Shown: positions 6,444 through 15,774 of the stretch, in pieces
How positions within the stretch are numbered: position 1 is the stretch's first letter
Layout: each line of letters begins with the position of its first letter
Origin: a virus
Taxonomy: Duplodnaviria; Caudoviricetes
Strand: one strand, 5' to 3'
Virus record (IMG/VR): IMGVR_UViG_3300011339_000451
Span: 1-63,187 of that record
Length of the DNA stretch: 63,187 nt
Program-made: the position numbers and the translations under genes
Notes under the pieces: generated by a model
Seen by the model: only the letters and a program-made list of their open reading frames with translations
Database searches by the model: none
Told to the model about the DNA's origin: nothing

Positions 6444-6804
6444 TCCTCCTACGGCAACTGGCACCAGAGTTCTATCGGGTTTTGGGCTGGCATGAGGGAG
6501 GCGTTGGAAGCCGCAAGGCGTAGACCGCAGTCCACCAGTCCTACAACGTTCTTATCTGGGGCGAGAGCGCATAAGAAGATGCAAGCGCGAATGGAGGAGA
6601 TGCCAGTGGTGTCCGTGGTTCAATTCTGCGGGTGGCGCTACTGGTTCGGGCGACCATGCTAGACGAGGTTACTCTCGGAAAGTGCTCGATGGTGGAGGAA
6701 GTAACTTCCAATCCACCCCGCCGGATACTCAGCCAGTGGCTCCGTCGTGGAAGATCTGCCGTAAGGGATTCGGTTCCCCTAGGCAGAGTCTTGCCCACCG
6801 AAGC

Positions 6805-7089
6805 CTAGCCGTTCACCATCGTGGAAGCGTGCTTCTTCAGGAACGCCTTGATAGCTCTGACGTTAGCCCTTGCCCAGCGCTGTTGTTCGGGGCCGTGTTC
6901 GCCTCGGTACTCTTCTTCCTGCTCAAAACCGATACCGCCGATGAACTTGGATAGAACGTACTTGGCTTCACTGATGATGAGCTCTTCACTCATATCTTCT
7001 GGGTCTGTCTTGTCATCAACTGCAATGACTTCAGTCAGGTGATACTTGAGTTCGTCACTCTTGTATGCGTCTTTGAGAATCTGTTTCAT
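6805..7089 (-). CDS. Hypothetical protein
   Basis: 94 aa, AAGGAG RBS, own promoter. Confidence 0.75.
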   Translation of the reverse strand: MKQILKDAYKSDELKYHLTEVIAVDDKTDPEDMSEELIISEAKYVLSKFIGGIGFEQEEEYRGEHGPEQQRWARANVRAIKAFLKKHASTMVNG

Positions 7090-7110
7090 GGTTACTCCTT
7101 GATTGAACGA

Positions 7111-7145
7111 GATTACACTTTATCACACTTTATTACACTTGTCAA
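7111..7145 (-). promoter_or_regulatory. Sigma70-like promoter built on three tandem 10-bp repeats
   Basis: TTGACA-N17-TAAAGT on the minus strand; + strand GATTACACTT TATCACACTT TATTACACTT. Confidence 0.6.
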
Positions 7146-7228
7146 GTGGTATTTATAGGTGTTTACCCTAATGTATTTATCTATAATTTAGTGTATAATC
7201 CTCCACATACTTACAACAAGGAGTGACA

Positions 7229-7450
7229 ATGAGGACTTTCTACGATGCTGGTGACGGACGTATGTTGACGGTGGAGTATGACTACGAGCCGGAGGATATT
7301 GCACTGCGGTCTGGTGGTGTACCGATGGAGCCTGACTACGCTGACAGGATTGACATTACTGCGGTGTTGATTGAGGGGATTGACGTTATTGATCTATTGG
7401 ATGAAGACGTACTGACCGACATCGAGGCCGAGATCAGGGGTGGTAAATGA
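7229..7450 (+). CDS. Hypothetical acidic protein
   Basis: AAGGAG RBS upstream of ATG 7229. Confidence 0.7.
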   Translation: MRTFYDAGDGRMLTVEYDYEPEDIALRSGGVPMEPDYADRIDITAVLIEGIDVIDLLDEDVLTDIEAEIRGGK

Positions 7451-7623
7451 CCCACGGCGGCGCACGTAAAGGGGCGGGTCGTCCACCTACACCAGTCGAT
7501 GAGAAGCGGGTCGCGGCTTTGAGGAAAGACGGAATGTCGATGGCCAAGATAGCGGAGCGGTTCGGTGTTAGTCAGACAGTCATCAGGTACGCAATTAAAA
7601 GGATACAACGCAATGAACAATAA
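7447..7623 (+). CDS. Small HTH DNA-binding protein (58 aa, not in the ORF track)
   Basis: Hand-translated MTHGGARKGAGRPP...GMSMAKIAERFGVSQTVIRYAI. Confidence 0.75.
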   Translation: MTHGGARKGAGRPPTPVDEKRVAALRKDGMSMAKIAERFGVSQTVIRYAIKRIQRNEQ

Positions 7624-7816
7624 CCCACCAGCATTTCCACAACCAGACTGCGGACACGGTAGGCCGTATGAATCAGGCATGACACTGCGCGACTACTTTG
7701 CGGCCAAGGCTATGCAGGCAATGCTTTCAAAAAATGGTTTTTATGACAATGAAGACCAGTTTTCAGATTGGTGTTATGAAACTGCAGACGCCATGATGAA
7801 AGCGAGGGAAGCATGA
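7613..7816 (+). CDS. Small phage protein
   Basis: PAFP...GMTLRDYFAAKAMQ motif, common in phages. Confidence 0.75.
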   Translation: MNNNPPAFPQPDCGHGRPYESGMTLRDYFAAKAMQAMLSKNGFYDNEDQFSDWCYETADAMMKAREA

Positions 7817-7898
7817 CCAATAAAACTGTTTACACAATTGTGTTTGTAGTACTGACGGCTTTCTGGTTGTGGGTACTTCGTAAAGTATGGGGGCAAGG

Positions 7899-8126
7899 AT
7901 GATTGAAGAACTATTGAAGCACAAAGAGCTTGGCCACTACGACTTTGGATCCGTGCGAACTGTTTATCCAACAGGCCGATACATTGATGCAAAACAGTAT
8001 CAAGAACCAGACTATTACCAGCCACATAACCGTTACCTCTTAGAGGTTCGAGGGCGCGGATGGTTCTCTGAAAAGAAATGGGTTTCTTCAAACTGTTTAA
8101 AACCAATACTCAAGGGGAAATTATGA
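7899..8126 (+). CDS. Hypothetical protein
   Basis: ORF in a packed operon. Confidence 0.55.
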   Translation: MIEELLKHKELGHYDFGSVRTVYPTGRYIDAKQYQEPDYYQPHNRYLLEVRGRGWFSEKKWVSSNCLKPILKGKL

Positions 8127-8214
8127 ACTGGCCATTCCCACCATTCCCAAACCCCAAGCACAAAGACCAACGGCAACCGAAGTTCAACCCTGAAAACGAA
8201 GAGGACGCACCACT

Positions 8215-8460
8215 ATGAAATTACAAACTCACCCACACAAGAGCGACACCCTTTGGCTGTCAAAAGAAGACATCGACCACATATTGAATGGCGTAACTCT
8301 GCGTGCTGGCGCATTGGATGTTAAGTTGGAAATACCCGACAAAAAAGAATTGATACACGTTTATCACGACCAAGGGGTTTGCGTATCTAAAGATAAGCCA
8401 AACCTCAAACTTACTTTTGATGGCGAAACTGGCAAGCTGAAATCAGCGGAGGTGTTATGA
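8215..8460 (+). CDS. Hypothetical protein
   Basis: ATGA-coupled; ends NLKLTFDGETGKLKSAEVL. Confidence 0.65.
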   Translation: MKLQTHPHKSDTLWLSKEDIDHILNGVTLRAGALDVKLEIPDKKELIHVYHDQGVCVSKDKPNLKLTFDGETGKLKSAEVL

Positions 8461-8786
8461 ATGCATATAAAGATTTGATTGACTATCTTGAGGATGGCGA
8501 AGTAGTCGAGGCTTTGGTCTTTGGTGAGTACGGATGGAGTGGTTATAGCGAAGACACAATCTTTGTCCCAAAGGACAAGCAAGGGGTTCTCCTGACGCTT
8601 GAAGAGGCTGAGCCAATGATGCACGGCTGGACATACGATGGCGGCTATGGGGCACCGCAGTGCTACGCAACTTACATCTGGACAAACAAACGCGTGATCT
8701 GGGTGACGCAGTACGACGGCTCAACTGGCTTGGACTCCATGCCGCGCAACCCGCTTGCATGTAAGCCTGACATGCCCGGAGGTTGA
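8457..8786 (+). CDS. Hypothetical protein
   Basis: 109 aa, GGAGG RBS, coupled. Confidence 0.75.
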   Translation: MNAYKDLIDYLEDGEVVEALVFGEYGWSGYSEDTIFVPKDKQGVLLTLEEAEPMMHGWTYDGGYGAPQCYATYIWTNKRVIWVTQYDGSTGLDSMPRNPLACKPDMPGG

Positions 8787-8787
8787 C

Positions 8788-9042
8788 ATGAAAATCTCAG
8801 CCATTAACAAATACGATTTGGTATTGCACAACGTACCCATGTGCGCCGTTTGCAACAAGCCGGTCGAGCGTGTCGAGTCCATGTATGACATCGCATGGGC
8901 GGCAAAGCGTTTCCGTGTGTATTGCCACGGTGATATGGAAGAGGCACTCCTAAGTGACGTCTGGATTGAAGACTGCGCCAGCGTGCAGTTTGGTCAGGCA
9001 TTCATTGACAAGCTACCGCAGAAACAATTGGAGAACAAATGA
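8788..9042 (+). CDS. Hypothetical protein with CxxC
   Basis: GGAGG RBS; CAVC...CHG. Confidence 0.65.
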   Translation: MKISAINKYDLVLHNVPMCAVCNKPVERVESMYDIAWAAKRFRVYCHGDMEEALLSDVWIEDCASVQFGQAFIDKLPQKQLENK

Positions 9043-9199
9043 CAACAATATTAGTTTGGTTTTTGGTAACTGTAAGCAACCATCGCGAAGCCATTTATTC
9101 ACCACCATTGGCAACGCTAGAAGATTGTCAGCGCCTGCAAAATTCACAACCCATTTACTGGGTCAACAGTAAGCAATGCGTCCAAGTAAGGATCGTCAA

Positions 9200-9490
9200 A
9201 TGAACAAACAAGACATTATTCGCATGGCACGAGAGGCAGGCATGGATTACTTGCAATACATAAGTCCAGAGGCTTTTGAAAAAGTTGTAGTCTTTGCTGA
9301 CCTTGTCGCTTCTGCCGAGCGTGAGGCAAGTGTTGGCGCACTCAGAACATTAAATGAGACATACGAGCTTGAATTGCGTAAGGCTATTGCTGACGAGCGT
9401 GAGGCGTGTGCAAAGGTGTGTGAAAACAAAGAAACGCTATTGTCATGGCCAACACACGCCGCCGCCATCCGAGCAAGGGGACAAGCATGA
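9200..9490 (+). CDS. Small phage protein (IIRMAREAG / EREACAK type)
   Basis: Paralog of the junction-spanning gene. Confidence 0.7.
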   Translation: MNKQDIIRMAREAGMDYLQYISPEAFEKVVVFADLVASAEREASVGALRTLNETYELELRKAIADEREACAKVCENKETLLSWPTHAAAIRARGQA

Positions 9491-9669
9491 GTAGCGTTAA
9501 AGCAATCACGGAAGACATTAAGTTTGAAGCCCGAGTAGCTTCTTTCTATGAAATGAATGATGAAGCAAGACGAGAACTATTGACAGGCTTGTCAGAAGTT
9601 TTTGAAAAGGTTGGCAAGAAGCACAACTTCTTGGTGTGGAGAGTTCAGATGATTCAGGAGAAACCATGA
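9487..9669 (+). CDS. Hypothetical protein
   Basis: ATGA-coupled. Confidence 0.55.
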   Translation: MSSVKAITEDIKFEARVASFYEMNDEARRELLTGLSEVFEKVGKKHNFLVWRVQMIQEKP

Positions 9670-9824
9670 AACAAGAGGACATCGAGAAGGCGTGGCGACT
9701 GCTATCCATGCACAACAGCGAACTGTTAATCGAGAACGCTGAGTTACGCAGGCAACTTAACAACATAAGTGTCCGCTCAATTCTGTGGTCAAGGATTCGT
9801 AACCTATTTGGGGGAATGAGATGA
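9666..9824 (+). CDS. Hypothetical protein
   Basis: AGGAG RBS, coupled. Confidence 0.55.
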   Translation: MKQEDIEKAWRLLSMHNSELLIENAELRRQLNNISVRSILWSRIRNLFGGMR

Positions 9825-10150
9825 GATTTAGAAAGAAGCCCGTGGTAATCGAAGCCACGCAATGGTTCAAGAACGGCGACCATCCACTGGACTACAGCAC
9901 TGAGGAGCAGGAGCGCCAAGGATGGGAAGGTGAGGTAGTGCGGTACTTCCGCAGTCCGCAAGTCAAAGGTGACAAGACATGCGCTATGTGCAATAACACA
10001 TTTCACAACCACGGATGGGTGGACACGCTTGAGGGCGGTCATATTGTTTGCCCCGGCGACTTTATTATTACCGGGGTGAAGGGCGAGCATTACCCTTGCA
10101 AGCCCGACATCTTTGAAATGACTTACGAGCCAGTAGAGGAGAGTGAATGA
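9821..10150 (+). CDS. Phage protein with PGDxII motif
   Basis: RKKPVVIEA...TLEG...PGDFIITGVKGEHYPCKPDIFE. Confidence 0.8.
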   Translation: MRFRKKPVVIEATQWFKNGDHPLDYSTEEQERQGWEGEVVRYFRSPQVKGDKTCAMCNNTFHNHGWVDTLEGGHIVCPGDFIITGVKGEHYPCKPDIFEMTYEPVEESE

Positions 10151-10365
10151 CTGCCGCATACTTTGAAGACCATCCAACAGACCCTTACAAGGTTATCTTG
10201 CGCAAGCGACCATGCCCGTATTGCAGTGACACGCCACGCACATGGGTTGGGCTGACGGATGAGGAGATCAAAGATTGCTTCAAGATCACGCCAGACCAAC
10301 ATTTGCCTTGGCACATTTACCAAAGAATTGAAGCCAAACTCAAGGAGAAGAATCATGGTCAATGA
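10147..10365 (+). CDS. Hypothetical protein
   Basis: RTWVGLTDEE...IEAKLKEKN, shared with 62031-62282. Confidence 0.65.
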   Translation: MTAAYFEDHPTDPYKVILRKRPCPYCSDTPRTWVGLTDEEIKDCFKITPDQHLPWHIYQRIEAKLKEKNHGQ

Positions 10366-10576
10366 TCTTTGGTTAATGCTTTTGGGGCCAGTACTTATTG
10401 CCGGTGTATGTGGTTTTGTTTGGTTGTTCGACCGCTTTTTTGGTGACTGCCAGCATAAGTGGGGAATATGGGAGCGCGAGCCGGATACCGATTTTGCCAT
10501 GGTGCAGTCGCGTGTATGTAAGAAGTGCCAGATGCACCAAATTCACCAAGCAAGAAAGATGGGGAAGGGATCATGA
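10355..10576 (+). CDS. Small membrane protein with Cys motif
   Basis: N-terminal hydrophobic segment; CQHKW...CKKC. Confidence 0.55.
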   Translation: MVNDLWLMLLGPVLIAGVCGFVWLFDRFFGDCQHKWGIWEREPDTDFAMVQSRVCKKCQMHQIHQARKMGKGS

Positions 10577-10764
10577 AAGAAGATGACGATGACATTCAAG
10601 ACTATGTTTCCTCAAGGAACAAGGCCATGGACAGGGAGCACAACTACCAAAACATTATTCGCAACCAAACGCTAGAGGAAGTAGCCCAAGAGTTTGACAA
10701 GATGGCACCGTTTGGTGATACGGCACAGAGTTTTGCCACTTACGTAAGGATGATGAAGCGATGA
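10573..10764 (+). CDS. Hypothetical protein
   Basis: ATGA-coupled. Confidence 0.6.
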   Translation: MKEDDDDIQDYVSSRNKAMDREHNYQNIIRNQTLEEVAQEFDKMAPFGDTAQSFATYVRMMKR

Positions 10765-11291
10765 AGAAAGAGTTGATGATCGGTTGCGGATCAAGCCGCG
10801 AGAAGCGGATGACCTGCGATAACAACTATCTCTGGGATGATCTGACTACACTGGACTACAACGCAGACCACAACCCCGATGTGTATTGGGACTTGAACAA
10901 TCTACCCCTGCCGTTCAAACCCAACACGTTCGATGAGATCCATGCGTACGAAGTGCTGGAACACCTTGGTTCTCAGGGTGACTACAAAGCATTCTTCGCT
11001 CTGTTCTCTGAGCTGTACCGGATTCTTAAACCTGAAGGCCATCTATTGGCTACGTGTCCATCGCGCCATTCGGTCTGGGCATACGGCGACCCAAGCCACA
11101 CGAGGGTCATGCAGGCGGAGCAGTTGGTGTTCTTGAGCCAGCCTCACTACACCCACAACGTTGGTAAGAATTCCATGTCTGACTTCAGGTTCATCTTCAA
11201 GGATGACTTTGAAATCAAGATGGTGGATGACGACAAGGAATCATTCAGATTCATTATTCAAGCAATCAAACCATCAAGGATTACAAAGTGA
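10761..11291 (+). CDS. Class I SAM-dependent methyltransferase-like protein
   Basis: LMIGCG, LPFKPNTFDEI..YEVLEHL, ELYRILKPEG. Confidence 0.85.
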   Translation: MKKELMIGCGSSREKRMTCDNNYLWDDLTTLDYNADHNPDVYWDLNNLPLPFKPNTFDEIHAYEVLEHLGSQGDYKAFFALFSELYRILKPEGHLLATCPSRHSVWAYGDPSHTRVMQAEQLVFLSQPHYTHNVGKNSMSDFRFIFKDDFEIKMVDDDKESFRFIIQAIKPSRITK

Positions 11292-11476
11292 ATGGGTTCG
11301 TGAATAGACAGTTAGAACTTGGAAGCAAGCAACCAGTACATCAATATAAGGAGTGTGATAAATGCAACGTAATGAGGCCACCCGAGGGGGGAATACAGAT
11401 GAATCAAACGAAATGGTTTTGCGCGGCATGTTGGGCGCACAGAATATCTCGTCCGAATCTGAAGCAACATCGCTGA
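11288..11476 (+). CDS. Small zinc-finger-like protein
   Basis: CDKC...WFCAAC. Confidence 0.6.
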   Translation: MNGFVNRQLELGSKQPVHQYKECDKCNVMRPPEGGIQMNQTKWFCAACWAHRISRPNLKQHR

Positions 11477-11579
11477 AAGAAATGCGGGACAAGCTAGCTT
11501 GGCATGTGAAATATATCGAGATGCTAGAGGACTTGATCGTCCACTATCAGAAGGAAGTTAATTTTTGGAAAGGCAGAGA

Positions 11580-11732
11580 ATGAAAGACGCAAGACAAATC
11601 TTCGAGAGCTTCATGGCAACGAAGTCAAAGGACGTAGCAGGATTGTGGAACGGCAAACGCTACACAAATCCCAACATCCAAACCAAGTGGCATTACTTCC
11701 AGTTGGGCTGGACTTTGAAGGGTAATCAATGA
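11580..11732 (+). CDS. Hypothetical protein (50 aa)
   Basis: Hand-translated MKDARQIFESF...; overlaps the next start. Confidence 0.55.
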   Translation: MKDARQIFESFMATKSKDVAGLWNGKRYTNPNIQTKWHYFQLGWTLKGNQ

Positions 11733-12532
11733 GCATCCTAAACATCAACGTCATCCGCATAGACGGCGGCACACAGTCACGTGACATCATTGACCAAGAC
11801 ACAATCAACACCTATGCCGAGGCAATGGATCGCGGGGACAAGTTTCCCGATGTAACCGTGTACTTCAACGGCCTTGAGTACTATCTGGCCGATGGTTTCC
11901 ACCGGTACTTTGCTACCAAGAAGCTGGGCAAAACGTCCATGTCCTGCAACGTTGTAACAGGCACGCTACGGGACGCCATCCTTTACTCCAAGGGAGCGAA
12001 CGCAGACAACGGTTTGCACAGATCAAACGCTACCAAGCGTAAGTGTGTGAACGACATGCTGGATGACTTCGAGTGGCAGTTCTGGAGCAACGTTGAGATT
12101 GCCAAGGCTTGCCGTGTATCGGCTGAGTTCGTGCGTCAGATCAAGGCGGAGCGAGGCATCAAGACCGAGACAGTCAAGTACAAGATGGGCAAGAAGGTGT
12201 TCGAGCGTAAGTCCGGCACTGCCATCAACACCAAAGCTGAGCCACTCAAATCCAAGGAGGAGGACGAGTTCAAGTACGACCCCAAGGACGAGATGATCCA
12301 GTCACTGGCGGCAGAGAACGAGAAGCTGAAGGATGAGCTTGCCGTCAAGAAGATGGATGGCACAGCCGATGACAAGAAGCAAGCGGCCACGGTCATAGCT
12401 GAGTTACGCGAGCGCATCCGTGTGCTTGAGGCAGAGCTGGATGCTATTAAGGTGACACGCAATTCCTACCAGACCGAGAACGGCCAGCTCAAGAAGCAGA
12501 TCGCGGCAATGCAACGTCAACTTAAGAAGTGA
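11729..12532 (+). CDS. ParB/Srx N-terminal domain protein with HTH and coiled coil
   Basis: YYLADGFHRY; SNVEIAKACRVSAEFV; C-terminal coiled coil. Confidence 0.8.
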   Translation: MSILNINVIRIDGGTQSRDIIDQDTINTYAEAMDRGDKFPDVTVYFNGLEYYLADGFHRYFATKKLGKTSMSCNVVTGTLRDAILYSKGANADNGLHRSNATKRKCVNDMLDDFEWQFWSNVEIAKACRVSAEFVRQIKAERGIKTETVKYKMGKKVFERKSGTAINTKAEPLKSKEEDEFKYDPKDEMIQSLAAENEKLKDELAVKKMDGTADDKKQAATVIAELRERIRVLEAELDAIKVTRNSYQTENGQLKKQIAAMQRQLKK

Positions 12533-12577
12533 AGATAGCCTAAGCCAGCAGGCTTGTGTGCTGGCAGTGGAGGTAAC

Positions 12578-14056
12578 ATGGGATTAGAACTACGGGCGTA
12601 TCAGTCCGAAACACTAGAGGCTTTGCGTAAGGGGTTTGCATCGGGTCTGCGTAGGCAGATTCTGTATGCCCCTACGGGAGCGGGCAAAACTGAGATGGCG
12701 ATTGCCTTACTCGAAGCCACAAAGAAAAAAGGTAACAAGGGTGCGATGATCGTTGACAGGATTATCTTGTGCGACCAGACCAGCCTACGCCTAGACAAGT
12801 ACGACATCGACCACGGTGTGCTTCAGGCAGGGCACTGGCGGGATCGGCCTTTCGAAAACATCCAAGTTTGTTCAGCGCAAACGTTGGAAAGTAGGGGTGA
12901 GTTTCCGGGATTAAACCTGATGATTGTTGACGAATGTCACCAGACTAGGAACGCAACGGTTGACTTTATTCGTGCCAACCCAGAGGTCAGAGTCATTGGC
13001 CTGACAGCTACGCCCTTCACCAAGGGGCTTGGCCGTGTGTATGAGAACGTTATCTCTACCATCACCACCAAGCAGTTAGTCGAGCAGAAGATGCTTGTTC
13101 CCCTGCGTGTGTTTATCTCCAAGGAGATTGACATGACCGGTGCTAAGAAGGTGGCGGGCGAGTGGTCACAGAAAGAAACCACCGAGCGCGGCATCAAGAT
13201 CACGGGAGACATCGTTGCTACATGGGTGGCCAAGACAAATGAGATATTCGGTAAGCCAGTCAAGACCATCGTGTTCTGTTCTGGTGTCGAGCATGGCACT
13301 CACTTATCCCAAGAGTTTGCCAAGGCTGGTTTTAACTTCGTGAGTATCAGCTACCGAGATGACGATGAGTTCAAGCGTGCGGCCATCGAGGATTTCTCCA
13401 AGCCGGACACAGAGATTCATGGCCTGATCGCCACTGACATCCTGACCAAAGGCTTTGACGTTCCCGATGTGCTGATCGGTATCTCTGCCCGTCCGTTCAC
13501 CAAGTCATTGTCCTCCCATATCCAACAGATGGGGCGCATCATGCGTGGCCATCCGACCAAAGAGTTTGCCGTCTGGCTCGACCATTCGGGTAACTATCTG
13601 CGCTTCCGTGAGGACTGGGACGAGGTGTTCGAGAACGGTGTGCATGAGTTGGATGACGGGAAAGAGAAGGCCAAGACTGAGCCGAGCGAGAAGGAAAAGA
13701 AAGAGTGCAAGTGTCCCCAGTGTGAGGCTTACTTCCCGCCACGGCTGGACTCGTGCGTCAACTGCGGTCATGTGCGTGAGCGTAAGAATAAGATTGCCGA
13801 GGTCGAGGGCGAAATGGTGGAGCTGGGTGCAAACATGGCGACCAGAGACATCAAGCAGGACTGGTGGTCAATGCTTCAGTGGTACGTCCAAGTCAATGGC
13901 TGGTCTAATGGGCGAGCGGCTCATGTGTACAAAGACAAGTTCGGTGTTTGGCCAAGAGGTCTATCAGACGAACCCAAGATGCCGACCAATGAGGTAGCTA
14001 AGTTCGTTCAGGCTGGTATCAATCGGTATGTGCGTCAGATCAGGAGGATGCGGTAA
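12578..14056 (+). CDS. Superfamily 2 DNA helicase with zinc finger
   Basis: APTGAGKT, DECH, LTATP, KGFDVP, QQMGRIMR, CPQC...CVNC. Confidence 0.92.
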   Translation: MGLELRAYQSETLEALRKGFASGLRRQILYAPTGAGKTEMAIALLEATKKKGNKGAMIVDRIILCDQTSLRLDKYDIDHGVLQAGHWRDRPFENIQVCSAQTLESRGEFPGLNLMIVDECHQTRNATVDFIRANPEVRVIGLTATPFTKGLGRVYENVISTITTKQLVEQKMLVPLRVFISKEIDMTGAKKVAGEWSQKETTERGIKITGDIVATWVAKTNEIFGKPVKTIVFCSGVEHGTHLSQEFAKAGFNFVSISYRDDDEFKRAAIEDFSKPDTEIHGLIATDILTKGFDVPDVLIGISARPFTKSLSSHIQQMGRIMRGHPTKEFAVWLDHSGNYLRFREDWDEVFENGVHELDDGKEKAKTEPSEKEKKECKCPQCEAYFPPRLDSCVNCGHVRERKNKIAEVEGEMVELGANMATRDIKQDWWSMLQWYVQVNGWSNGRAAHVYKDKFGVWPRGLSDEPKMPTNEVAKFVQAGINRYVRQIRRMR

Positions 14057-14871
14057 TGGAATTCATTTCATTCTGTCGTGCTCATGGGATATTGATTGAT
14101 CGTGTCCCGCCAATCGGTGTATGGCGCAGGTATCCGACCGAGGATCACCCGACCAAGCGCAATGGTGCAGTCAAGTTCATGGGCGATGTTGGGTTTGTGC
14201 AGAACCATGCCACCAATACTGAGGTGTCCGTGTGGAAACCAGACGAACCCATCAAGATTGACCATGTGCGTATTGCCCGTGATGTGAGGGCGGCTGAGGA
14301 TAGACGCAAGGCGGATCAGATGGCGGCTGTGCATAAGGCGGCTCACATCCTAGGTCAGTGCGAGCTTGCCCGTCACCCGTATCTCAAGCGCAAGGGATTC
14401 CAAGATGGCGAGGGCAATGTCTGGGTCAATGAGAAGCGTCAGTTCCTAGTCATTCCAATGCGTGTAGGCGACCACTTGGTAGGTTGCCAGATGATTGACG
14501 AGGACGGGGGAAAGAAGTTTCTATACGGCCAGCGTACCAGTGGCGCAACGATGACCATCAATAACAAGGGTATGCATATTCTGTGCGAAGGGTACGCCAC
14601 TGCGTTATCTATCCAAGCGGCACTCACCCAGTTCAAGCGGAGATACACCATCCATGTGTGCTTCAGCGCGGGCAACATGAAAAAGGTGGCCGACACTTTG
14701 GATGGCGGGATAGTGGTGGCCGACAATGATGCAAGTGGTACGGGGGAGAGGGTGGCCAAGGAGATTGGCTGGCCTTACTGGATGTCTCCTGTGCTTGGAG
14801 AGGATGCGAATGACGCCCACCAGAGAATGGGAACGTTCGCCTTTGGCCAGAGTTTATTGAAAGTATTGTGA
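14056..14871 (+). CDS. TOPRIM-domain primase
   Basis: HPYLKRKG, CEGYATALS, ADND, DAND. Confidence 0.88.
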   Translation: MEFISFCRAHGILIDRVPPIGVWRRYPTEDHPTKRNGAVKFMGDVGFVQNHATNTEVSVWKPDEPIKIDHVRIARDVRAAEDRRKADQMAAVHKAAHILGQCELARHPYLKRKGFQDGEGNVWVNEKRQFLVIPMRVGDHLVGCQMIDEDGGKKFLYGQRTSGATMTINNKGMHILCEGYATALSIQAALTQFKRRYTIHVCFSAGNMKKVADTLDGGIVVADNDASGTGERVAKEIGWPYWMSPVLGEDANDAHQRMGTFAFGQSLLKVL

Positions 14872-15051
14872 GACTTGCGGCTTGACCATGTGCACGTTGT
14901 CGTCAAGCTGGCTCATGAGTTTCAGGCTTTGAAGTATGTCACTGCCTATGTCAAAAACGTTATCGCCTTCACCGACAATATCGGATGTGACATAGACAGT
15001 GCCATCGTCCATCTCATGCAAAAAGATCGCGAACAGTGCTTGTTTCTTCAT
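14854..15051 (-). CDS. Hypothetical protein
   Basis: Last ORF of the leftward block. Confidence 0.55.
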   Translation of the reverse strand: MKKQALFAIFLHEMDDGTVYVTSDIVGEGDNVFDIGSDILQSLKLMSQLDDNVHMVKPQVSQYFQ

Positions 15052-15190
15052 TGATGCTGACAATCTTTGTTGAGTGTGCTTCGGTTGTGTCGTGGTCTGA
15101 TAGGACTAGGCGCATTATCTCCTCTTTAGATTCTGCGTCCAGCTCCATCTCAAATTCGTAAGTCCTTTGGAGTCTTACTCTGTACTTCAT
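15014..15190 (-). CDS. Small acidic protein, DpnD/PcfM-like pattern
   Basis: Hand-translated MKYRVRLQRTYEFEMELDAESKGE. Confidence 0.55.
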   Translation of the reverse strand: MKYRVRLQRTYEFEMELDAESKEEIMRLVLSDHDTTEAHSTKIVSINEETSTVRDLFA

Positions 15191-15366
15191 AGGAACACGC
15201 CGATAAGCGCGGCCAGCATAGCAAAGCCAATCAGTAGCAGGACAAATTCAAACAAGCCAGATCCTTGCGGGTAGTGCTCGATTGCCTGTGCATACTCTGG
15301 CGAGTTGGGAAATGCCTCGTTCAGTGTGCGTGGATAGCTTCGTGTTGTGTCGTTTAGGTTGTCCAT
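15187..15366 (-). CDS. Small membrane-anchored protein
   Basis: Hand-translated MDNLNDTTRSYPRTLNEAFP...; C-terminal hydrophobic segment. Confidence 0.6.
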   Translation of the reverse strand: MDNLNDTTRSYPRTLNEAFPNSPEYAQAIEHYPQGSGLFEFVLLLIGFAMLAALIGVFL

Positions 15367-15367
15367 G

Positions 15368-15553
15368 TTAGTCCCTTGTCAATGATTCTGGTTGTAATAC
15401 TTCGACTGTCTCTTGTTCGTAGCGTAGCTCATCGCCTTCGCACTCGGTGGTAAATAGGTCGTGTGCTGACTCGATGGCCTCCTCCTGTGTATCGGCTAAC
15501 ACCCGAATGGATTTCACAACGATGGCTCTGATAATTACTTCATAGGGTTTCAT
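15368..15553 (-). CDS. Small acidic protein, DpnD/PcfM-like pattern
   Basis: MKPYEVIIRAIVVKSIRVLADTQEEA. Confidence 0.65.
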   Translation of the reverse strand: MKPYEVIIRAIVVKSIRVLADTQEEAIESAHDLFTTECEGDELRYEQETVEVLQPESLTRD

Positions 15554-15774
15554 TTTGCGCTCCTTGCGTAGTTGATTCCATCTTTCCAGATAAGCCATGC
15601 GTCACACACTGATGTGTAATCGCCCATTGAAAGCTCATCGTCAATGACATCGTGGTCAATGCCTGCTCGCTCCATTTGCAGGAATTTAATTACAGTTAAT
15701 CGGGGTACGGCGGCGCAGTTCATTCGGTAAGAATCTAGGAAAGCCCATTCCATGTGTGTAAGTTCTTCGGTCAT
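15550..15774 (-). CDS. Hypothetical protein
   Basis: GGAGG RBS, coupled. Confidence 0.65.
   Translation of the reverse strand: MTEELTHMEWAFLDSYRMNCAAVPRLTVIKFLQMERAGIDHDVIDDELSMGDYTSVCDAWLIWKDGINYARSAK

Noticed and set aside
5530-6800. tRNA genes in the intergenic regions
   Set aside because: No cloverleaf with a convincing T-loop and acceptor stem found by eye
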